64,000 nucleotides of DNA from assembly GCF_963921235.1 (NCBI RefSeq), contig NC_086109.1, positions 9,240,001 through 9,304,000 on the forward strand, written 5' to 3'. Below the pieces are notes generated by a model. It saw only the letters and a program-made list of their open reading frames with translations. It had not been told where the DNA came from and searched no databases. Made by a program: the position numbers and the translations under genes. Positions within the stretch are counted from its first letter, which is position 1. The number at the start of each line of letters is the position of its first letter. Positions 50,861 to 64,000 of the stretch are shown in pieces. Source of the stretch: Mobula hypostoma. Its lineage: Eukaryota.

Positions 50861-52616
50861 AGAAGGTGATCCGATTCCAAGCCTGCCTAGATGTTGCTAC
50901 AAGAGTAACAAAAGATGAAAGATGTGTTAAATTGTAAAATAAAACGGGATCATGCGATGAGCAAGAAATATCCTATGAAATCCAAGTCGCTGCCAGTCAC
51001 CACAATTCCTGTTCCATCGTGTGATCCCACTCTCCCTTCCCGACTTTCACTCCCTGGTTATCTCTAGACCTGTTCATTCCAAGACACCCTTGTTTCTCTA
51101 AGGTCTGATGTTGTCATTATCGCATGGTCTTTCAAGGGAAGCAAACCTATGGCACATGTGCCCAAGATGGCACGCGCTGAAATTTCGTTGGTACGCGGCA
51201 CATAGCGCCGTCCATTGATCCTTTACTCCCTCCACCACCACCCGTAATAAACAATGATCTTTATCGCTAAACGACACAGCGAATTACTTTTTGCGAGCTG
51301 AGAGCAGTGAGGAGACAGTTACCCTGACTCTGATCTGTCAAAGACCACATGGTGGCCGCCTGTACATCAGCCTCCCCACATTAAACAAAGTCACGCACAG
51401 GCGTTCTCCATTCGGGGAATCCACACTAATGTCCCGGATTAAATCCCAAGGTGATCAGCAAGTAGCAAAGGGGTGAGGATTATGTGGATCCCAGATTGGC
51501 CTCTACAGCCACCAACAGTCAAACCAACAGGAGGGGATCGTACTCGACTGGAGTGATCACACCACTGCGAGTTGGGGTGTCGGGAGATGAACCACACAGC
51601 TAGGAATATCCAGCTTCTGACTGGCTCTGTGTGACTTTCTGGGACCATGAAAGGCACCTTATCAATGCAGCTTCTCTTTCCCGTTCTATTGTGAATTTTG
51701 CACTGGAATACTTGGCGAGACTTGCAGACTGCCCCCAGTACATCCTTAGGCTGTTGATGCAATCAACACATTTCACTGTATGTTTCGATGTGCATGTGAT
51801 AAATAAATCAGAACCTGAACACATTAACCCACTCCACCATGCCCACAACACTTTACATGTCATTATACAATTGGTCTCTGTATGTAAGCTAATCTTATGT
51901 ATGCATGGTCACACTCAACAGTTAAACTTGTACACTGTGTTTTATAGGATCCATTTGTTTGTTATGTGCCATGTCGTATGATGTGGGCAATCATGGTCTT
52001 TTCATGATCCTGATTGTTGTTGGCAAATTTTTCTACAGACATAGTTCACCATTGGCTTCTACTGGGCAGTGTCTTTACAAGGAAAAAGCCTCTGACTATC
52101 CACCCGATCAATGACTCTATCAGGTCACCTCTCATCCTCCGATACTCCAAGGAAAAAAGGCCAAGTTCACTCAACCAATCCTGATAAGAGTAAGAGTTTG
52201 GCATGGACTAGAAGGGCCAAGATGGCCTGTTTCCGTGCTGTAATTGTTATATGGTTGTATGGTTATAAGACGGGTGACCTGCAGGCTAGCGGAGGGAAGG
52301 AGTGCCTTACTCCTCCTTTTAGTAGCGACCTATCTCCACCCCACCACCCAAAGAAGTACGTAAAAAAAAAAAGAAAATTAAGTTAAATGAGTAGTTCAAA
52401 AAGAGGGGAAGTTACTGTAGTGGTGTTCATGGGCTCAATGTCCATTCAGAAAACTGATCACACAGTGGAAAAAGGTGTTCCTGAAACTGCTCCTGAGTTG
52501 GGAGTGCCAAGAGGTGTTTAGCACTCCAGCCTTTGCCATTCAGTGTAATTGGGACATTATGTTGCTGGTGTATAAGTTGAAGTACTATGTACAGTTTTGG
52601 TCACCCTGTTGTAGGA

Positions 52617-52730
52617 CATCCCAGAAGAAGGCAATGGGAGGCCATCTCTGCAGAGAAATTTGCCAAGAACAATCATGGAAAGACAATGATCGCCCACGTC
52701 ATACAACATGGCACATAATGATGATGATGT
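52617..52730 (+). mobile_element. Short RTE-type SINE fragment inserted in a CR1
   Basis: gaagaaggcaatgg motif, (atg)n tail, 10-bp TSD tgttgtagga / tgttatagga; inverted relative at ~51960-52080. Confidence 0.6.
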
Positions 52731-53407
52731 TGTTATAGGAAATACATAGTGAAACTGGAAAGAGTGCAGAAAAGATTTATGAGGGTGTTACTAGAGAGCC
52801 TGAGTTATAGGGAAGGGCTGGGCAGGCTACATCTTCATTCCTTGGAACGTAAGAGAATGAGAATGAGGGGTGAAAAGATTAATGTTAAAAGAGACATAGA
52901 TAATGTGGATGATAACAGTCTTTTCCCTGGGGTAGGGGATTCCAAAACATGGGGGCATTTTGTGTGTGTTGCTTTGGATTTCCAGCATCTACAGACTTTC
53001 TCGTGCTTGTTTTTTGGTAGAGTTTTGTTTCCAAACTGTGAAACATAAACTGAGCTCCACGTTGCTGTTAGCTGCAGCAGGCTACCACCCAGAACCCAAT
53101 TTGTACTCATCCGGAACACCTGCTTGTGCAGAATTCTTGGAATTTTGTTGTTTGGAATCCAGAACATCAGCTGCACTTTTTATTATTGCAACCTGGCAAA
53201 AATAAAAACACTTACAGTTTCCGAGTTGCCGGCAGTGCAGTTGAAGGAATGAACTGAACGAAGACAGGTGCAAGGTTTGAGCAGCAAACCCTCTTGGGTG
53301 GAGGCAAACGCAAGGATCATATGGCCTTAGTTGTTAGCACGAAACCTGCGCAAGATAATCGGCCCCGGCTGCAGTTCTTTCAATCCCAATGTTATCAAAG
53401 ACGTGAG

Positions 53408-53649
53408 TGTTGCGTATTTAATATTTCAGTGATGTTTGAATAAACTTGTATATGGTTTGAATTAACATTCTTGCTTGTTTAAACAATTAATTATGGGTTA
53501 TATGTGAAAATGTTAATTACATACATCATCACACTACCACGTGACAGGTGCGTACCTCGCTGAAAGTGAAGACGAAGCTGGACCTGTATTCCCGGACTCC
53601 TGTGTTTTCATTGAATTAATTTAATGTTTTAAAGTTCCAAAACATAACA
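53408..53649. mobile_element. Solo LTR (242 bp)
   Basis: TG...CA termini (tgttgcgt / acataaca) with a perfect 5-bp TSD gtgag (53403-53407 / 53650-53654). Confidence 0.8.
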
Positions 53650-53764
53650 GTGAGGTGCAGAGCTGAGTTCATCTGGGACCTAATATTCTTGTGCCTCAGC
53701 GGTGTTCAAAGTCTAAGTCAAAGTCCAGTTTATTTTCATATGTACAAGTATGTATATAGAAAGC

Positions 53765-54490
53765 CATAGAGTCATAGAGAATTACAGTACAGAAGCAGGC
53801 TCTTCGGCCCATCTAATCCATGCCAAAATACTCCCATCGACCTGCACTGGGACTGTAGCCCTCCATATTCCTACCATCCATGTACCGATCCAAGCTTCTC
53901 TTAAACATTGAAATTGAGCTCGCTTGCACCACATGTGCTGGCATCTCATTCCACACTCTTACGACTCTCTGAGTGAAGATGTTTCTCCTCATGTTCTCCT
54001 TAAACTTAACTTTCCCCCTTAACCCATGACCTCCAGTAGTAGTCCTACCCAACCTCAATGGAAAAATCCTGCTTGCATTTACCCTATCTGTACCCCTCAT
54101 AATTTTGTATTCCTCTATCAAATCTCCTCTCAATCTTCTATGTTCTAAAGAATACAGTCCTAATCTGTTCAATCTTTCCTTATAACTCAGCTCAGCCAGA
54201 CCCAGCAACATCCTTGTAAATTTTCTCTGCACACTTTCAGCCTTGTTTTCATCTTTTGTGCAGGTAGGTGACCAAAACTGCACACGATACTCCAAATTAG
54301 AGCTCACCGACATCTTATACAACTTCAATATAATATCTCATGTCCTGTACTCAGTACTTTGATTTATGAAGGCCAACATGCCAAAGGCTCTCTTTACGAC
54401 CCTGTCTACCTGCGACGCCACTTTCAGTGAATTATGGACCTGTATTCCCAGATTCCTTTGTTCTGCCACACTCCCCAGTGCCCTGCTGTT
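53765..54490 (-). mobile_element. CR1 LINE 3' end
   Basis: ORF 53813-54328 with LEYRVQFWSP...RGDLIEEYKIMRG...FTQRVVRVWNEMP. Confidence 0.92.
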
Positions 54491-55509
54491 CACAGTGTAT
54501 GTACAGGTGCAATGAAAAACTTACCGGCGTAGATCATCATAAAAGCGGCATTCACAAGAAAAAACTAAATATAAAGTTGAACTACGGTAGTGTAGCGGTT
54601 AGTGCTGGGGATGTTCTGGAGTTCTGAGTTCAATTCAGGTGCCGTCTGTAAGGAGTTCTGGCCCAACGAGCTACACCACCCAGCAACCCAACTATTTAAC
54701 GCTAGCCTAATCACAGCACGATTTTACAATAACCAATTAACCTACTTCCCGGTACACCTTTGGGATGTGGGAGGGAACCAGAATACCTAGAAGAAATCCA
54801 TGCGGTTCACAAGAAAGGACGTACTAACTTCTTACAGAGGACGGCAGAATTGAACTCCGAACTCCGATGCCTCGAGCTGTAAAATGTCGCGCTAACTGCT
54901 TTGCCATTATTGTCATGTGTACTGAGATTGTCATGGTGAGCTCTGGCAATGACTGGGAGGACAGCAGACTCTTATGTAGAGATGGAAACAAGAGGTTATA
55001 CGTAGGAACTCCAACAGAAGATCAGTGGCACGACAAAGCAACACTGCGAGACAGATCATTCTCATCACTAAGACCCTGTGATGAGTGATATTCAGGAGAC
55101 CACTTTAAATAATCATGGAATGTAGAAAACCTGCGCCAATCACAATTAATTTGACAGATTAACCAGAAAGCACAAGGGCTTAGAAAATCTAGTTAAGAAA
55201 ACAATTAGTAAATACAGGTGCTTGAGAAACCTAGACACCCAACGCTCTACAGCAAACTGCAGTGTTCCGCGGGGCTCATGTCAGAGATACAGTGTCAAGC
55301 TATCTTTTTTTGTGTGCCATCCTGACAGATCGCACCATAAATAATTACTTTGGGACAGTAAAAAGAAAAGGAGAATGCAGAATATAATGTCACAGTTGTA
55401 GAGAAAGTGCAGTTCAGGTAGACAATAAGGTGTAAGAACTATGCCAAGGTAGACTGGGAAATGAGGAGTTTATCTTTAGTGTATCAGAGGTCCATTAAGT
55501 GTCTGATAA

Positions 55510-56517
55510 CACTGGACAACAAAGATTTAGCTTCCTGAATACCTTTAGGTGTACCTTATGAATTTTGGGCTACTGATCATGAAAATCACCATGAAATTTC
55601 CCTATCATGCACCGTTCCTTTAATAAACTTATGTTTATTATTTCCATTCATAATTCAAGTCAATTAAAATGTTGCCTACAATGTAAGCTGGAAAGTTTCC
55701 TATCTTGTCCAGGCATGCTTGGACATGCTTAGGCAGCACGGCTGCTGCGTGGCAGGACAGGATTTAGTAATAATTATTGGGTTCAGGACTGTAAGGATGG
55801 AATTTGCTGTCACCAGGCACAAAAATTTCTATGAAGGATTTTGATATTTGAGACAGATGCTTCCTAGAATAACTGACGTCAAGATTAAGGAAAGCATATT
55901 TGTTGGTCCACAAAACAAACGGGTCATCAATGACAGACAATTTGAAGAATTTCTAATGGGACCGGAGAAAATCACATGGAAGGCATTCAAGGAAGTTGTT
56001 GAAAATTTTCTCAGCATCTACAGAGCACCAAACTACATGCAGCTGGTTGAAAGCATGCTTCAAGCACATAAAACCATGAAATGCAACATGTCGCTAAAGA
56101 TTCATTTTCTGCATTCCCATTTAGACTTCTTCCCTGCAAATCTTGGTGCTGTTAGTGACGAGCATGGTGAAAAGTTTCACCAGGACATTGTGGTCATGGA
56201 TAAAAGATACCAAGGCAACTGGAATCCATCAATGCTGGCGAATTATTGTTGGATACCTAAGCAAGAAGCCTCAGACACTGAGTACAAATGAAAATCATTA
56301 ACAAAATAGTTTTAACTTAGTTGAACTATTGCAAAGCATCAGCACCATTATGCAATTAAACACATTATATTCAATAAAAGTTAATTTGTTGTTTCTCCAA
56401 ATTCCTACGTGATACAAGTAGTCTGAAATTATATTTGTGTTTATCTTCAAGCAGTCTACCATAAACAAAAAAAAATTCTGAGGAAGCAACACTTTTGAAA
56501 ATATTTGTTGTCCAGTG
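55510..56517 (+). mobile_element. Internally deleted Chapaev-type (CMC) DNA transposon
   Basis: 14-bp perfect TIR cactggacaacaaa; 4-bp TSD ataa; ORF 55848-56291 with MSLKIHFLHSHLDFFPANLGAVSDEHGEKFHQDI...RYQGNW...MLANYCW, recognised as a Chapaev3-like transposase C-terminus. Confidence 0.8.
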
Positions 56518-56904
56518 ATAACAGCAGGATAGAAGCTGTATTTTAGTCTGGTGGTACATGTCCTAAAGGCCATTGTAAGGTGAGAGGGAACGGTTTAAAT
56601 GTGATCTGAGGGGCGAGTTTTATCAGACAGACGATGGTGAGTATATAGAACAAGCCGCTAGAGGAGGTGGTAGGGGCAGCTTCAACTACAATGTCTAAAA
56701 CACATTTGAACAAGTACATAGATAGCAAAGGTTTAGTGAGATGTGACCCAAACGTGGGCAAATGGGGTTAACATAGATGGTCATCTTGGTCAGCATGGAT
56801 GAGTTGGGCTGAAGGGCCAGGTTCCCTGCTGTGTAACTCTATGAATCGTCTGTGTGATGGGGAGGGGAGAACAGAGGATCACCTGGGTAGGGCGTTCTTG
56901 AACA

Positions 56905-57370
56905 AAAACCAGAGAAAATCTGCAGAAGCTGGAAATGCAAAGCAACGCACACAAAATGCAGGATGAACTCAGCAGGCCGGGTAGCATCTAGGGAAATGAA
57001 TAAACAGTCGATGTTCCAGGACAAGACCCTTCATCAGGACTGGAAAGGGAGGGGAGAAATCAGAGTAATAAGGTGGGGGGCAGGGGAGGAAGAAGTACAA
57101 GGTGGCAGGTGATAGGTGAAACCGGGAGTGGGGGAGGGAGTGAAGTCAAGAGCTGGGAAGTTGATTGGTGGAAGGGATAAAGGGCTGGAAGAGGAGGAAT
57201 CTGATAGGAGAGGACAGAAGAACATGGAAGAAAGGGAAGGGGGAGGAGCACCAGAGGGAGGTGATAGGCAGGGCAGGAGATCAGGTGAGAGAGGGAAGCA
57301 AGGAGTGGGTGTAGGTAATTACTGGAAGTTCAGGAAATCGATGTCCTTGCCATCAGGTTGGAGGCTACTT
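56905..57370 (-). mobile_element. Penelope-like element 3' fragment
   Basis: Reverse complement of the pyrimidine-rich tail, the hammerhead-like motif and the end of the GIY-YIG coding region seen at 36070-36520. Confidence 0.8.
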
Positions 57371-60300
57371 TGATTATCTTAACTGCTTTCCCATTCTCAG
57401 GATTTGAGCTCCAAATCTAAGTTAACCTTGCATGGAGTGTAACTGCCAGCACAGATTGTTTGGGCTGAATGGCCTGCTTCTGAGCCCGAGTTCCACATCA
57501 AGATGTTTAGGGATGAGTCACTGGATCTTTCACTGCTGAGTAATACATCTCCAAGGACAATGGAAACCCTAGCTTTGTCTACTCAGTGCGGTTGGTGCCC
57601 ATGGCCTACTTTGGAAACTCCATAGCCAAGTTCAATCCTGTCACAAAACAACTTCAGCTCTCCAGATGATCATTGGGGATGATTGATAGCTTTCTCCCTC
57701 ATTGGCCAGACACAGATCCATTGCCTTACCAGTCTAGATCAAAAGGAATGCTATTTCCCCTCAGTAATTTGGTCCGTGGATCTTCTCAGCACTGGTCGAG
57801 AGCACTTGAGTTTGAAACAATCACACAGGACTGTTCCCATTTCTGATAAAAATCAAGTTGAGTTTATTGCCCTGTGCACAAATATGTTGAGATACACGGA
57901 CAATGAGGAAACGTACTTGTAGCAGCATCAAGGTCAGGTAGATTCAGACAACGCACAGAATCTAATCAAAAATTAAGTCAAATCAAGTATAATTATCATT
58001 CAACCGTAATAGATACAGTGAATGAAACAGCATTCTTCTGAGGCCAAGGTGCAAAACTAACAAATTAGCACATTGAAAAGTGAGCAAAGAAGTGCATTCA
58101 TGTGAAAAAAATATATATTCCAAGACCTTCAGCAACAATGTTCCTCAGTTGATGGTACGGTCTCCTGGCTGTGTGCAGATGCACGCAATCCAGCCTGTCA
58201 TTTCACCGCTCGAACATGGGAGGGCAGCACCAACGGGAGAGGCCAGCCCCAGCTGAGTGTGGACACCTCGCTCCACCGCCTCCAACATTCCTCACCTGGT
58301 CTGCAGCAGCAGGCAAGTCCACGGCTTGAGGCCTATTCCACGCTATAATCGAGGTTACACAGCTTCCATGTCGCCTGTCACGCCACCAGGTAAGGGTAAC
58401 AGGCCTGCGGCAATTTACATTGTCACTGTCCAACAGAATCTTGCGATTGCAAGTGAAAAATAAATTAAACATACATTATATGTACAAGGCAGTGCAGAGA
58501 ACAAAAGAATTTTGTTAAAACAGGACCTTAACGCCACACTCAAAAACAAGTCCATGGTATTGCAAGATGAGATCTGTAGTGTTCTTATTGCTGAGGTAGG
58601 GTTAGGGTTCTGTACAAGAACCTGATGGTTGTCAAAAAAACACACACACAAACTGCTGGAGGAGCTCAGCAGGTCAGGCGGTATCTATGGAGTGGAATAA
58701 AGAGTCGATGTTTCGGGCTGAGAGAGCCTGGTTCTCAGAAAGCAGCTGTTTCTGAACATGGTGGACTTTAAGCTTCAGACTTCACCCCTGCCTGACACTA
58801 GGAGCTGATGCGTTTCACCCTGTTACTCTCTCCACGGACGCTGGCTGAGTGTTTCAGCAGCTTCTGTTCCTGTTATCATTTCCTTTGGTGATCCACTTGT
58901 ATGACATGATGCTCCAACAGGACCTGTGGTCAGCTTTGTGAGCATGCATCGGGAGCAGGAATTGGCCATTCCGAGTCCTAGCTCACTCAACCTTTCCTCA
59001 TAATGGTCTTGTGAGAATGATTCTGGTGTCTACTTTATCTTTGCCTCTCATCATTTTATAAACATCTATCAGGTCTCATTCCAGAGAAAACAACTCTAGT
59101 TTGTCCAGCTTCTCCTTGTAGAACATGCCCTCTAATCCAAGTAGCGTCTTGGTAAACCTCAACTGCACCTTTTTCAGAGCCTCCGCACCCTTCCTATTAT
59201 GGGGTGCCAGAACTGAATGCAATACTTGAGATCAGGGGTTCCTGACCTCTTTTTATGCCATGGACCCCTACCATTAACCGAGGGGTCTGTGAACCCCAGG
59301 ATGGGAGCCCCACTTTAGATGCAGCCTAACAATTCTGGGGTGTGGAAACGAAGAGCAACTGTAGAATGTTCAGTCCGTTTTCAATCTGTCAAGCGATTCA
59401 GAGTTTATTGACGTTGAACATTAGCCAGATTCTCCCTCCATTCCTTGACATGATTTGATCAAATGATGTCTGCATACAATACAGTGTACTGTGTGGAATC
59501 TTCTTCATTTAATCATTTAACTGTGAAAATAAATCACTGTGAGATCTCAAGGAAAACAGCTGACTCAAATCAGGAGATATGATTTAGAAAACTGACAGAG
59601 CAAAACAGCGCCAATTTCTCACCAACAATATAATGCATTTATGCAGTGCCTTCCACATTCCACGGTTCTTCCTGACAGCTTTAGTAAATGTAACTTGTCA
59701 CGCCCAAGTCACATAAGAATTTAGAGGAGATGGTCCCAAAGGTTGTTTTTCAATGCAACACACAAAATATTAGAGGAACTCAGCGGATATGGAGGGAAAT
59801 GGACAGTCGACATTTTGGGCTGAGACTCTCAATCTGTATTAAAAGATAGAGAGGCGACAGCTAATGATTAGGTGCAGTCTGACCTACTGAGTTCCTCTGG
59901 CTCCACGTGTGTTCCTCCAGATTCTGGCATCTGCAGACTCTTACGCCTCTTTTGTTTTTCACTATCTTGACGGGAGGGGTTGAGAGACAGAGGGATGCAG
60001 GGAAGGAATTTAAGAACCTGAGGTATTGATTCTGAAGACAGGGGCTCCCATGTGTGGAGAGATTAAACAGATGGATGGGATAGCACAGAGGAATGTAGGG
60101 TCAGAGAAGATCATACAGATAAGGAGAGGTGATGTTGTGGAGGAATTCAGATTCAAATTCTGATTTATTTATCACACGTACATCAAAGTATGCAGTGAAA
60201 TGCGTCGTTTGCTTTATCAACCAACACACCCAAGGATGTGCTGGGGCAGCCCGCAAGTGTTGTCACACATTCTGGCACCAACATAGCATGCCCACGATGC

Positions 60301-61849
60301 TTGGCAGAACAACACAGAACAGACCAAGCAATGAAACAATAACAGCAAAATAAGCCCCTTTCCTTCCTCCTTCCTCCCACCTTCACACTCACTCACACAC
60401 ATAGACAGTTCTCCAACTACAGGACAGGTCTAGTTTCCAGGGTTCGGTCATCGGACTGCAGCTTCCAGAGTTCTGATTGACCTTTGGGCTTCAGTCTTCC
60501 ACACTGAATCCTGATCTACCTGAAGATGGGACTCCAGACTCCAGGCTCAAACTTAGGGCCTGCCGACTCACCAGGCCTCGTGCCTCCTGCTCGTACAGAC
60601 ATCTGCTCCTGGGACAGCCACAGATGCCCTTCACCGCCCGTCTGCATTGCTGGCCTCCAAGCGTGAGAGGAGGCCTAGAACCGAGCAGAGACCTGACCTC
60701 TAACTCCGCTACATCTTTGACTCTAAACCCGAGCCTGACTCCTAACTCCACCACTTGTCCCCAAAACCAACTTTAAGAAAAAAAACTAGGTCTGTGCCAT
60801 GACTTCAATGGAGACTGAAGTTCGGCATCTTCTTGGCCAGGTTTAGAAAAGAAAAGGAGGATTTTAATGTTAAGAGTTTTCTTACAAGGAGTGAAGGTAG
60901 GTCAGTGAACCCAAGGGTAGTGGTTGGGAAGGAGCTGTGGGAATTGGGATAAAGTCAGGGCATTTTAGCCTGAACTGCCTGTGGGTGTGGCTGGGTGAGA
61001 GGGAAGGGATTTGTTTTGCTGACCATGACCCAGAATATCAGAGCTGGGACGTTGTAAGACAACTTTGGAAAACATTGTTGAAGCCGCATTTGGAATACTG
61101 TGTGCGTTCTGGTCACCACACAACAGGAAGGATGTGGCTGTGCTGGACAAAGTGCAGAGGAGGTTCACTAAGCTATTCCCTGGGATGGAGCCATTCAGTC
61201 GCAAGGAGTGATGGGATAGGCTGCTTTTCTTTCCCCGGCAACGGAGGGGGCTGATGGGTGACCTAATAAAAGGTACATAAAGTTATGAGGGAGATGTTCA
61301 TATACGTTCTGCCTGCATGTCCGCGTCGGAATCAGAGACTGAATCTGGGTCTGCTGGAGCCTGAGGCATACGGACTGTTTTGAGGTTAGAGGAAAGTGGG
61401 TGGGAGGGAGGAACGGGAATTCTTTTGCATGTTGTGTTCTGTATTATTCTGCCAAGCATTGAGGACTTGCTAAGTTGGCGTGGGACACGTGGCGACTCTT
61501 GCGGGCTGCCCACAGCACATGCCCAGGTTCTGTTGGTTGTTAACGCAAATGAGGAATCCCATTGTATTTTGCAATGTACACCTGATAGATAAACTTGAAT
61601 TTTGTATCCTGAATCTAGTTGGTAAAGATCTTGTTCCCTTGTCAGGGGTGTCCAAGACAAGATGGCACAGGTTTAAGGTGAGAGGGAAGAGGCTTAGACA
61701 GAATCTGAGGGAAATTTTTTTCACACAGAGGTGGTTGGAATCTGGATAGCCAATGTCTGAGAAGTGATGGGGGAAGATATTCTCATGATATGTAGGAAGC
61801 ATCTGGGTAAGCAATTGAATCATGAGGCACTGAATGTTAAGGTCCTCTA

Positions 61850-62550
61850 GGTATGTAGTGGAGAGTATATTGACTGGCTGCATCACAGCCTGGTATGAAA
61901 ACTCCAATGCCTTTGAACAGAAAATATTACAGAACATAGTGGATATGGCCCAGTCCATCACGGCTAAAACTCTCCCCACTATTGAGTACATCCCCATGAA
62001 GCCTTGACACAGGAAAGCAGCATCCATCATCAGGGACCCCCCACCACCCAGATCACGCTCTCTTCTCGCTGCTGCCATTAGGGAAGAGGTACAAGATCCA
62101 CATCATTAGGTTCAGGAACAGTGTTTACTCCTCAACCATCAGGCTCCTGAGCCAAAGGAGATAACTTCACTCAACTTCACTTACCCCATCATTGAAATGT
62201 CCCCATAACCCAACGGACTCACTATCAAGGAGCCTTCATCTCATGTTCCCAATATTTATTGCTTATTTATTATTATTATTTCTTTCCTTGTGTATTTGTA
62301 CTTTGTTGTCTTTTGCACACTGGTTGAAAGCCCAAGTTGGTGTGGTTTGTCACTGGGTTTATTGAGTATGCTTACAAGAAATTGAATCTCAGGATTGTAT
62401 ATGGTGACATACTGGTACTTTGATAATAAAGATTGGACTCATAAGCCACTTGAGAGCCCATAAGTAGATCAACAGAACGAAGACCATCATCCTCAACCTC
62501 GAGGGATAGCCACGACGACGGTTTTGATAATAAATTGACTTTGAACTTTA
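61850..62550 (+). mobile_element. Rex1/Babar-type LINE 3' fragment with a 92-bp nested insertion
   Basis: ESILTGCITAWY-like coding; insertion 62431-62522 flanked by a 12-bp TSD tttgataataaa and ending in gacgacg. Confidence 0.75.
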
Positions 62551-63462
62551 ATGTGGTGAATGTTAAGAATGTAGATATGAATTATGGACAGTATGTGTGT
62601 GATGGACCAAACAGGCTCTTTCAGCACTGTTCAAATCTGTGAATACATAAGTGTCTAATTTAGACCATATGTCATAGGTCTAAGATATGACATAGGAGCA
62701 GAATTAGGCCATTTGGCCCATCGAGTCTGCTCCGCCAATTATTGAGACTGATCCATTTCCCACTGAGCCCCATTCTCTAGCCTTCTCCCCATAAACTTTC
62801 ACGCCCTGACTAATCAGGAACCTATTGACCTCTGCTTTAAGTGCACCCAAAGGCGTGACCTCCACAGCTCCCTCTGGCAATGAATTCCACAGATTCACCA
62901 CCGTCTCACTAAAGAAATCCCTCCTTACTTCTGTTCTAAAGGGAAGTCCCTCTATTCAGAGGCTGTGCCCTCTGGTCCTGGCCTCCCACCTTTGTAGGAA
63001 ACATTCTCTACATGTCCACTCTATCTACCTCAGATCAGAATCGGATTTGTTACCGTTGACAGATGAAGTGAAATTTGAAAAAGCACAGTGAAAAGGCATA
63101 AAATTACTAGAAATTACAAAACAATAAATAAATAGTGCAAAAATTTTTAAAAAGTGAGATTGTGTTAATCGGTTCATGGAACGTTCAGAAATATGATAGT
63201 GGAGAGGAAGGAGTTTTTACTGAACTGTTGAGTGTAGGTCTTTGGGCTCCTATATCTCCTCAGTGTTAGTAATGAACCGAGGATTCCTGAGTCAACAACT
63301 CTTCAACGCGTCCTCGATAATGAGAGTTGGAGGCAATGCAGTCTGGTGCTGCAAGTGACTATAGTAACTGCAGTTCAAAGGATTGTGGAGGCTGTGAGGC
63401 TGCGTATTCATTGTGGGTGTTTCACAAAACTTTATCAAATATTATTTAAATTTAGACCTATT

Positions 63463-63464
<2 letters not shown>

Positions 63465-63514
<50 letters not shown>

Positions 63515-63545
63515 TGTGTCTGTGTGTGCGCGTGTATGCATGCGC
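63465..63545. repeat. (TG)n microsatellite
   Basis: About 20 perfect TG units followed by degenerate purine-pyrimidine alternation. Confidence 0.95.
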
Positions 63546-64000
63546 ACATCTGCCTGTAAAGACATGTACATTTCTCGTTACAAGCTTAGGGTTGTAATTA
63601 GGTTACGTTTGATACTCTCTTCAGTAAATAAAAGTTAAAATGTATTCCAAGGCAGTATTTAATCAGTTGATCTGCATCGTGTGTTCTTGGTGTTGGGCCC
63701 CACCTTGCTTCAAATTTCCAGTATTAATCCAAGATGATAACAGAGCAAAGGTTCCTTTTCATTTTCCCTCTTTAATTAGTGGATCAAGCTGAAGATACTT
63801 TCTTGGAACCTGTACAGCTGTCCACTAAAAGATAAAACTTACTTGGCATCCAAACCTTGCTTTTCTGTAAATCGAACAAAAAGGAACGTTGTCTCCTTTT
63901 TTAATATGGAAAAATTAAGATGTGCTCATGTGTTCTAAAAATGCACTGAGACCGAAATGGCTCTAGCCTCCAGGCCTTCTGACACCTCTGTCACTTCGTT

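Noticed and set aside
61470..62078. 202-aa minus-strand ORF
   Set aside because: An antisense reading of adjacent Rex1 and CR1 fragments.

Overview
Vertebrate genomic DNA, most likely a cartilaginous fish (ray/shark). This is inferred from the repeat landscape (CR1, Rex1/Babar, L1, Penelope-like elements, HE1-like and other tRNA SINEs, Tc1, hAT MITEs) and is not proven. No recognisable host protein-coding exon is present; the longer ORFs in the track are mostly transposon fragments or chance. The left part looks like the 5' end of an unidentified minus-strand gene: a CpG-rich promoter/first exon near 25.4-25.8 kb and candidate exons with canonical splice sites at 24953-25077, 12482-12567, 5492-5692 and 837-860. 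The most striking structure is a 580-bp, ~99% identical, indel-free inverted repeat (4915-5494 / 7722-8301). It is built from old repeat debris yet is CpG-island-like, it brackets the 201-nt candidate exon, and its inner end coincides with that exon's splice donor. It is a candidate gene-conversion-maintained dsRNA, circRNA or invertible-exon device. Also present: an internally deleted Chapaev-type transposon, a Penelope GIY-YIG fragment, many minimal hammerhead-ribozyme motifs including fold-back derivatives, a 45-bp minisatellite, a second CpG island near 34.5-35.6 kb and a solo LTR. All repeat-family names come from motif recognition by eye, not database searches.
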